Assembly (NCBI GenBank): GCA_026398545.1
Contig: JAPLSR010000069.1
Location: 1-10,430, forward strand
Direction of reading: 5' to 3'
From: Candidatus Sumerlaeota bacterium
Lineage (GTDB): Bacteria > Sumerlaeota > Sumerlaeia > MWCT01
Length of the DNA: 10,430 nt
The position numbers and the translations under genes are program-made. The notes below the pieces were generated by a model, which was not told where the DNA came from, did not search any database, and was given only the letters and a program-made list of their open reading frames with translations. Positions 1 through 5,532 of the stretch are shown here, in pieces. Within the stretch, counting starts at the first letter, position 1; each line of letters begins with the position of its first letter.

Positions 1-1083
1 TTCGATGGCGTCGGACTTGGCGCCCATGATTTTACGCACATCCCCCGAATCATAATTCACAAGCCCCTTGCCGAGGCGCGTGCCGGCGGCATCACGGATT
101 TCCACAACATCCCCGCGCTGAAATTCACCATGCACATCGCAGATGCCAACTGGCAGGAGGCTTTTTTTGCCCTCTATGAGCGCCTTCCTTGCGCCCTCAT
201 CAACCACCACCCATTTATTGATGCCCGATTTGCCAAAGGCAATCCACCGCTCCCGGCTGGTGAGAGCGAGTCTGCGCTGTGGCAGAAAAAGCGTCCCCGG
301 ACAGCGCCCTGCAAAGAGGTCCTCAAGGACACTGGGGAGTTTCCCGTTGCATATACAGACGTGTGCGCCGGCGTCTGTGGCGCGGCGGGCGGCATCAATC
401 TTGGAGCTCATCCCGCCCGCACCCAGAAGGGTGGGGGAATACACCGCCATCGCCTCAATCTCCGGCGTGAACTTTTCCACACGGGAGAGAAGCCGGGCGT
501 CTTTATTTTTTCGCGGGTCTCTGTCAAAGAGTCCATCCACATCGGAAAGGATGATGAGAAATTCCGCCTTCATCTTCGCCGTCAGAATGGCGGAGAGGAT
601 GTCATTATCGCCGAAGCGAAGCTCATCCACTGTGGTTGTGTCATTTTCATTGATGATGGGCACCACACCGAGCTCAAGGAGTTTCTCAATCGTGTAGCTT
701 GTGTTCAGGTAGCGGCGGCGGTCTTCCATATCATCACGGGTGAGGAGGATCTGTGCAATGTTGCGCCCATAACGGGAGAAATGCACGCTATATATGTGCA
801 TAAGCTGGCTCTGACCAACTGCGGCGAGCGCCTGTTTTTCAGGTATGGAGCGTTTTTCCTTTTCAAAACTTATCAGCCCCTTGCCTGTGGCAACTGCGCC
901 GGAGGTGACAAGGATTACCTGACGTCCCTCGTCAAACAGTCTGGAAACCGCTTGCGCAATGTCATCGATGAGATTTTCATCCAGCCGCTCATCGGGTCGG
1001 GTGAGCACCGCCGAGCCGAGTTTTAAAACAATTCTGCGCGGGGAAAACCCCAGGTTCTCAAGTTTCCTCACCCTGTCTGTCAT
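1..1083 (-). CDS. proB: Glutamate 5-kinase (ProB) with C-terminal PUA domain. 5' start is in the window (ATG complement at 1081-1083); the 3' end runs off the window start, about 25 aa missing.
   Basis: My minus-strand translation gives MTDRVRKLENLGFSPRRIVLKLGSAVLTRPDERL...VTSGAVATGKGL...NENDTTTVDELRFGDNDILSAIL...VGICDVHGEFQRGDVVEIRDAAGTRLGKGLVNYDSGDVRKIMGAKSDAIE. The amino-acid kinase motifs (KLGSAVLT, VTSGAV, NENDT) and the C-terminal PUA domain are typical of ProB. The frame is open from 1083 to position 1 with no stop. The plus-strand ORF 130-1026 is its antisense shadow. A weak Shine-Dalgarno (AGGGG) lies 7 nt upstream. Confidence 0.9.
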   Translation of the reverse strand, partial: MTDRVRKLENLGFSPRRIVLKLGSAVLTRPDERLDENLIDDIAQAVSRLFDEGRQVILVTSGAVATGKGLISFEKEKRSIPEKQALAAVGQSQLMHIYSVHFSRYGRNIAQILLTRDDMEDRRRYLNTSYTIEKLLELGVVPIINENDTTTVDELRFGDNDILSAILTAKMKAEFLIILSDVDGLFDRDPRKNKDARLLSRVEKFTPEIEAMAVYSPTLLGAGGMSSKIDAARRATDAGAHVCICNGKLPSVLEDLFAGRCPGTLFLPQRRLALTSRERWIAFGKSGINKWVVVDEGARKALIEGKKSLLPVGICDVHGEFQRGDVVEIRDAAGTRLGKGLVNYDSGDVRKIMGAKSDAIE

Positions 1084-1110
1084 GGTTAACCCCTACCGTC
1101 CCCCGAGATT

Positions 1111-1150
1111 GGTGAATCGGAGAATGGGAGAATGGGAGAAACGGAGAATT
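1111..1150. repeat. Five tandem 8-bp units (GGTGAATC, GGAGAATG, GGAGAATG, GGAGAAAC, GGAGAATT) in the proB leader / gltD-like 3' flank.
   Basis: Read directly from the sequence: ggtgaatc ggagaatg ggagaatg ggagaaac ggagaatt. On the transcribed minus strand the repeats read CAUUCUCC, i.e. CU-rich anti-Shine-Dalgarno-like tracts 30-70 nt upstream of the proB ATG. Confidence 0.7.
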
Positions 1151-1171
1151 TATTGAATAACTTCACGAATA

Positions 1172-1204
1172 ATTGTCCATTATCAATTGTCAATTGTCAA
1201 TTGG
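1172..1204. repeat. Tandem CAATTGT heptamers (3 copies at 1184-1204, plus a partial AATTGTC at 1172-1178) built on the palindromic hexamer CAATTG. They overlap the last six codons and the stop of the gltD-like gene.
   Basis: The sequence reads tatCAATTGTCAATTGTCAATTGg. The minus-strand codons encode ...QLTIDN followed by the stop. The units can pair with each other to form an A/U-rich hairpin in the RNA. Confidence 0.65.
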
Positions 1205-2517
1205 GCCATATATTCATTCATGCCGCGGGCGGCGCGGATGCCATCCGCCACGGCGTCCACCATCTCGCCACCGCCTGTTGTGCAATCGCCGCCTGCAAAG
1301 AGTTTCGGCACCTTCGTCGCCCCCGTCTTTGGATTCACAACGACCAGCCCGTCTTTCATTTTCAGACCTTCTATCTTCGATAGAACATCTATAAGTTGGA
1401 CCTGTCCAAGCGCGGCAATAACCATGTCGCACTCAATGGTGAATTCACTGCCGCTGATGGGGATGGGTCTGGGGCGTCCGGAGGCGTCAGGCGCACCGAG
1501 CCTCATACGGACACACTTAACACCCGCAACTCTTCTCTCGCCGAGGATGCGGACGGGCGCGGCAAGCCACACAAATCGCACACCATCAAGGCGCGCCATG
1601 TCGCGTTCCTTCTTGTAGGCGGGCATCTCATCCTCACTGCGGCGATAGACGATTATCACATCCTGTGCGCCGAGGCGCGCCGCCGAAATCGCTGAATCAA
1701 CAGCCGTATTTCCACCCCCGATGACCGCCACGCGCCTCCCGACGCTGACCTTGTCAAGCGGCATGGTGTGCATCTTCTCAAGGAAGGAAAGTCCCTCTAT
1801 CACACCGTGGAGATTTTCGCCGGGGATGTTGAGCGGGGCGGTCTGCCCGCGTCCAATGCCCAGAAACACGGCGTCATATCTCTTCAGGAGCGATTCAAAG
1901 GATATGTCCTCTCCGATTTTTGCGCTGGTCACGAGGCGGATGCCAAGGCGCTTCAGCATGCGCAACTCCCTGTGTGTAAATTCAGCGGTCAGTTTGTAGC
2001 GCGCAATGGCATGGGTATAAAGCCCGCCATCATACCGGCGCGCCTCAAAGAGGGTAACCCTGTTGCCAAGGCGCGCAAGCTCTGCGGCGCAGGAATAACC
2101 CGCAGGTCCCGCCCCGATGACAGCTGCCTTTTTACCTGTGGAGCTGCCGGGAAAAAGGACATCCACCCGATTCATGATTGCCCAGTCTGTGGCGAAACGC
2201 TGGAGGCGTGCGATGGGAACAGGTCGCCCATCCAGATTCTTCATGACGCATGCCCCCTCGCAGAGTTCCTCAGACGGGCAGACGCGTGCGCACCCGCCTG
2301 CGAAATAATTCGTCTCATACAACTGTCGCGCCGCCCCCTTGATGTTGCCATCCCGTATTTTACGGATGAAGTCCGGGACGCTGATATGCACAGGACATGC
2401 CTGAGTGCAGGGCGCATCATAACAGAAGAGGCACCGCGCCGCCTCCCCTGCCGCCTCATCAGGCGAGACGGTGCTTTGAAGCGGCTCAAATCTCCTCTCC
2501 ATCTCCTTCGCCTTCAT
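1183..2517 (-). CDS. GltD-like oxidoreductase: NADPH-dependent glutamate synthase small (beta) subunit family, with an N-terminal 2x[4Fe-4S] module and an FAD/NAD(P)-binding pyridine nucleotide-disulfide oxidoreductase domain. Start is uncertain; the alternatives are GTG 2544 and ATG 2523.
   Basis: The 453-aa track ORF contains CLFCYDAPCTQACPVHISVPDFIRKIRDGN...YFAGGCARVCPSEELCEGACV (the GltD-family Cys-rich N-terminus). It also contains the dinucleotide-binding motifs VIGAGPAGYSCAAELARLG and VAVIGGGNTAVDSA, and a C-terminal FAGGDCTTGGGEMVDAVADG. I prefer ATG 2517 because GGAAGG sits 7 nt upstream of it. The track's first Met is a GTG at 2544, which lies inside the putative promoter. Confidence 0.8.
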   Translation of the reverse strand: MKAKEMERRFEPLQSTVSPDEAAGEAARCLFCYDAPCTQACPVHISVPDFIRKIRDGNIKGAARQLYETNYFAGGCARVCPSEELCEGACVMKNLDGRPVPIARLQRFATDWAIMNRVDVLFPGSSTGKKAAVIGAGPAGYSCAAELARLGNRVTLFEARRYDGGLYTHAIARYKLTAEFTHRELRMLKRLGIRLVTSAKIGEDISFESLLKRYDAVFLGIGRGQTAPLNIPGENLHGVIEGLSFLEKMHTMPLDKVSVGRRVAVIGGGNTAVDSAISAARLGAQDVIIVYRRSEDEMPAYKKERDMARLDGVRFVWLAAPVRILGERRVAGVKCVRMRLGAPDASGRPRPIPISGSEFTIECDMVIAALGQVQLIDVLSKIEGLKMKDGLVVVNPKTGATKVPKLFAGGDCTTGGGEMVDAVADGIRAARGMNEYMAQLTIDN

Positions 2518-2544
2518 ACTCATACCTTCCGCAAACCAGTTCAC

Positions 2545-2572
2545 ATTTTACTGATAGCACATCCTGCAACAA
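2545..2572 (-). promoter_or_regulatory. Putative sigma70-like promoter for the gltD-like gene: TTGTTG, 16-nt spacer, TAAAAT on the minus strand.
   Basis: The minus strand reads TTGTTGcaggatgtgctatcagTAAAATgtgaactggtttgcGGAAGGtatgagtATG. The -10 element is a 5/6 match to TATAAT. This supports internal initiation for the gltD-like gene, although read-through from hepT is also possible. Confidence 0.25.
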
Positions 2573-2573
2573 A

Positions 2574-2924
2574 TCATATATCTTGATTAATTTCCTTAAT
2601 AATGATATCCATAAGCGGCCTAATAGGTGGGATTTCACTCGTAACCACTGCCCAAACTATCTTTAAATCGACACCGAAATATTCATGGGTAAGTTTATCT
2701 CTCATCCCGCTCATCATCTTCCATGGAATATCGTTATATCTGGTTCTAATTTCTACCGGGACTTTCTTTGCCGCTTCCCCTATTACCTCAAGACTCCTTA
2801 TGACTGCGTTAATGGTCTTTTTATCTCTGATAAAGTCATTATATGTCTGCCCTTTTGTGAATTCTAATATATCATCAATTCCACTGACGATATCCTGTAT
2901 ATAATCCCGATAATCTCTTTTCAT
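2574..2924 (-). CDS. hepT: HepT toxin: HEPN-domain RNase (DUF86) of a HepT/MntA type VII toxin-antitoxin pair.
   Basis: 116 aa. The C-terminal R-x4-H-x-Y HEPN motif is present in MRDKLTHEYFG. Size and layout are typical of DUF86. The start ATG overlaps the upstream mntA stop by 4 nt (ATGA at 2921-2924). AGAGG lies about 10 nt upstream, inside mntA. Confidence 0.85.
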   Translation of the reverse strand: MKRDYRDYIQDIVSGIDDILEFTKGQTYNDFIRDKKTINAVIRSLEVIGEAAKKVPVEIRTRYNDIPWKMMSGMRDKLTHEYFGVDLKIVWAVVTSEIPPIRPLMDIIIKEINQDI

Positions 2925-3220
2925 ATCATGATGACCTCTTCAAGGATGTGGAGGCCAATATAAGGTTTCAGCGCCCCTTTTGTTACAAGGTCAACCTTGC
3001 TCCCCAGTATGTTGCTCAGATACTCCTCAGCTTCCAGGAATTTGAAAAAACCTACATCATCCTCAAATTCCACAAGAATATCAATATCACTTGACTCCTC
3101 CTGTTCACCACGAACGAAGGACCCGAAAACACCGATAGCCCTGATACTATACTTTTCCCGAATCTCTTCTCTATGTGCCTCTATAATTTTTTTTATTTCA
3201 GTGAATCCCTGCTGATTCAT
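2921..3220 (-). CDS. mntA: MntA antitoxin: minimal nucleotidyltransferase (MNT, Pol-beta superfamily) partner of HepT.
   Basis: The protein contains GVFGSFVRGEQEESSDIDILVEF, which matches the GS-x(9-11)-DxD nucleotidyltransferase motif. It is about 99 aa from ATG 3220 (MNQQGFTEIKK...), and AAAGGAG sits 8 nt upstream. The track start 3241 is a TTG and is less likely. The antitoxin lies upstream of the toxin with a 4-bp overlap, the canonical operon arrangement. Confidence 0.85.
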   Translation of the reverse strand: MNQQGFTEIKKIIEAHREEIREKYSIRAIGVFGSFVRGEQEESSDIDILVEFEDDVGFFKFLEAEEYLSNILGSKVDLVTKGALKPYIGLHILEEVIMI

Positions 3221-3279
3221 AAATTTTTCTCCTTTTGTCAACCAGTCCGATACAACAGGAGAGGAGAATTGGTCACATC

Positions 3280-5322
3280 CTACGCCGGGGATGCGGGAGG
3301 TTTTGGGATGCTTGAAAATGACTTATCCTTTTCGGGTTCCCCGGATTTCGGCGTCTTTATCCCTTCCTGAGGCGTGAACCCTTTTTCTGCCGGCTGTGTT
3401 TGGCTCAGGAAATACCTTGTCAGGATGGAGGCAAGGCCGTCAACAGAGCCTCCGCCGCCCGCAACTAACACCTCCGGCATGAATTTGTTTTTGCCCTCGG
3501 CAAGCGCATTTGCCACGTTGACAAGCGCCGTTGGCATCTGCCCCAGCGCCTCCACCTGCGCCTTGAACGCCTCCGCCCGCGCCATGCCGATGGCTCTCAC
3601 CTGCGCCCCCTGCGCCGTGCCTGTCTTCTGAATGAACTCCGCCTCGCCCTCCGCCTCCGCTATGCGCGCCCTGGCGTTGTTCGTCTTGATTTCGACGCTC
3701 ACCTGCGATATGGCAAGGTCATGCTGCATGTCAGCCATGCCTTTGGACTTCTCCATATTGACTCGCTGTTTCTGCGCCTCATCCTGCTTTTTGAAGGTCT
3801 CTATCTCCTGATTGGCTATTTCGCGCTCGGTGAGCACCTTGACGAGTTGCGGCGGGAGAATGACGTCCTGGATATAGACGCCCGGCGTCTCAATCTTGTA
3901 TTGCCTGAGCTGCTCCTGAATATGCGCAAGCGCCTCCCTCTGCACCTGCTGTCGGGTCTCAATAAACTTGATGGCGGGCATGCTCATAAGTTTATCGCGG
4001 AAGTGATTGCCCACTGCCGCCAGCAAGACCTCATTCACGAGGTTTTTCATGGTGCCGACCATTGAGATAACCCACGGGGCTTGCGTGTCCGGGACGTGTA
4101 TCTGCACCTGGAGGTCTATGGAGAATTCAAAACCTTCGCGGCTCTTGGCGACGATGGTCTTCAACTGCGCATCGAGGTCGTGGGCATGGGAGACTGCCTC
4201 TGCCCAGTTTAGTGTCAGAATCGCCGTGGGGACAATCTCCGCCTGGTAGCAGTGGGGATTGATGGGATATTTGCCTGTGCGGAGAGGCTCCTGCCAGATG
4301 CCCTTGTGTCCGGGACGCACCAGCGACCCGAACTTGAAATCCTTGCCGGAGATGTCCTGCGTGACAAGTCCAACGTATGATTTGATGACGGCGACCTGCC
4401 CCTGCTCGACGACCAGCATCGGCACAAGCTCCACACTGATGAGGAAAGGGTTCAGGTTGTAAGCGCCATAGAGAAGCGGGTCATGCTGGAGTCCGATTTT
4501 TCCACCATTATCGAGGAATGCCTGAAAGTCCTGATAATTGTTATGTTTCTGATTTTTGCTTCCCAGGACGGTTTCAATAAGCTGGTGGTCAGTGACGGAG
4601 GTGTCTTTTTCCAGCGAATCAACATCGGAAAATCCTCCTATGCGGTTGGCGATATCTCCGGGCGGAAGCGGGTCTCCCTCATAGGCAGTGACAATACCTA
4701 TCATGTCCACTATCTCGCCAGCCTGGTTTTTCGCTCGAGGTTCAATACGAACAACCCGGAGATGTTCCGGTCTGAGTCCAAAGGATACCGGCGTGAGTTT
4801 GCCTCCGAGTTTGCGCGCCTGCGCCCTTATCTCATCCGAGATTGGCAGACCGTAAACCCTGTCCTCGGTGATGACAAGGAAGGCGACGGGGTGGATGGGT
4901 GCGAGTGTTCCCGGTGAGAGGACAGGTCTCTGAACGCCCTTCTGCCCGCCATTATCGAGAAAGGTTCTCAGGTTTGCGAAATTCCCGAGGGACTCTTTAT
5001 ACACGGCTGATTTTGCGCCTGTCGGGAGCGGTTTGCCAGCCTGCGATACCACAACGCCGATTCGTCCCGCCGGTATCTGCACCCAGGGAAATTTTTCCAC
5101 CTTGTAAAGAATCCAGAACTTGAAGCGCCATCCGGGCATTAAAAGATCAGCCTGATATCCCGCCTCCCCATTGAAGGCAATCGGGTTGTCCTGGGAAAGT
5201 TTCTTAAATGAGAGTCGCTTTATAACAAGCCCGATTTCCGAAGGTCCGATGATGCGAATGGACGGAAGAATCAGGATGACCACTGCCACCCCGAGCCAGA
5301 ATGTTGCATTTGATTGAATCAT
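3280..5322 (-). CDS. Flotillin-like SPFH/band-7 domain membrane protein (YqiK/FloT-like). It has an N-terminal TM helix, an extended SPFH region with an internal duplication, and a C-terminal Ala/Glu-rich coiled-coil flotillin region followed by a Pro/Lys/Ser-rich tail.
   Basis: 680 aa. TM helix: FWLGVAVVILILPSIRI. SPFH-like start: IGLVIKRLSFKKL...PGWRFKFWILYKV...GRIGVV. Coiled-coil: ARARIAEAEGEAEFIQKTGTAQGAQVRAIGMARAEAFKAQVEALG (the EA-repeat region typical of flotillins). A strong RBS, GGGAGGG, lies 7 nt upstream of ATG 5322. Confidence 0.8.
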   Translation of the reverse strand: MIQSNATFWLGVAVVILILPSIRIIGPSEIGLVIKRLSFKKLSQDNPIAFNGEAGYQADLLMPGWRFKFWILYKVEKFPWVQIPAGRIGVVVSQAGKPLPTGAKSAVYKESLGNFANLRTFLDNGGQKGVQRPVLSPGTLAPIHPVAFLVITEDRVYGLPISDEIRAQARKLGGKLTPVSFGLRPEHLRVVRIEPRAKNQAGEIVDMIGIVTAYEGDPLPPGDIANRIGGFSDVDSLEKDTSVTDHQLIETVLGSKNQKHNNYQDFQAFLDNGGKIGLQHDPLLYGAYNLNPFLISVELVPMLVVEQGQVAVIKSYVGLVTQDISGKDFKFGSLVRPGHKGIWQEPLRTGKYPINPHCYQAEIVPTAILTLNWAEAVSHAHDLDAQLKTIVAKSREGFEFSIDLQVQIHVPDTQAPWVISMVGTMKNLVNEVLLAAVGNHFRDKLMSMPAIKFIETRQQVQREALAHIQEQLRQYKIETPGVYIQDVILPPQLVKVLTEREIANQEIETFKKQDEAQKQRVNMEKSKGMADMQHDLAISQVSVEIKTNNARARIAEAEGEAEFIQKTGTAQGAQVRAIGMARAEAFKAQVEALGQMPTALVNVANALAEGKNKFMPEVLVAGGGGSVDGLASILTRYFLSQTQPAEKGFTPQEGIKTPKSGEPEKDKSFSSIPKPPASPA

Positions 5323-5532
5323 TTCCGCACCCTCCCTTTACACGCTTAAATTACACATGGCTTCTGTTACATTGTAACCGTGACGAATGTCAAGCCCATT
5401 GCAACAGGCAGGAGGGTGGATTGCTTTTCCTGTTCAAGAGTTTTCCACGCAAAAATGCCATCGCTTTTCAATTGACCTGATTACGATTTGCGGAATAAAC
5501 GTGAGTGAGCAAATTGCGGAAAGGAAAAATCT
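5323..5532. promoter_or_regulatory. Divergent intergenic control region between the flotillin-like gene (minus) and the beta-helix operon (plus). It contains a 13-bp palindrome GTTACATTGTAAC (5366-5378) next to a minus-strand TTGACA (5388-5393). It also contains direct repeats TTGCGGAA (5488-5495 and 5514-5521) flanking a plus-strand TTGACC(5473-5478)-16-AATAAA candidate promoter.
   Basis: The motifs were read directly from the sequence. The palindrome sits where the -10 of the flotillin promoter would fall (minus strand: TTGACA, then a 16-17 nt spacer containing GTTACAATGTAAC). The direct repeats are 26 bp apart and bracket the putative -10/TSS of the plus-strand operon. Confidence 0.4.

Noticed and set aside
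130-1026. 298-aa plus-strand ORF, and the overlapping 143-697 ORF.
   Set aside because: They are antisense shadows of the clearly recognisable proB coding frame on the minus strand. The translations are low-complexity and Arg/Gly-rich, with no recognisable motifs.
1768-2586. 272-aa plus-strand ORF antisense to the gltD-like gene.
   Set aside because: In a high-GC region long antisense frames stay open by chance. There is no RBS or motif, and the minus-strand frame has strong family signatures.
2602-2904. 100-aa hydrophobic plus-strand ORF (and the 2685-2867 ORF) opposite hepT.
   Set aside because: The AT-rich antisense frame translates to F/L/I/S-rich pseudo-membrane sequence. hepT on the minus strand has the Rx4HxY motif and the canonical 4-bp overlap with mntA.
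3283-3310. Short hairpin (CATCC-n8-GGATG) downstream of the flotillin-like stop, as a possible terminator.
   Set aside because: The stem is only 5 bp and there is no following U-tract. Read-through into mntA seems more likely.
3721-4917. Plus-strand ORFs (114, 80, 67 and 144 aa) inside the flotillin-like gene.
   Set aside because: They are antisense to a 680-aa ORF with a strong RBS and flotillin signatures. No independent start signals are present.
5358-5378. 6-codon mini-ORF (ATG GCT TCT GTT ACA TTG TAA) covering the 13-bp palindrome.
   Set aside because: It is too short, has no RBS, and its reading frame is fully explained by the palindrome's sequence constraints. Most likely coincidental.
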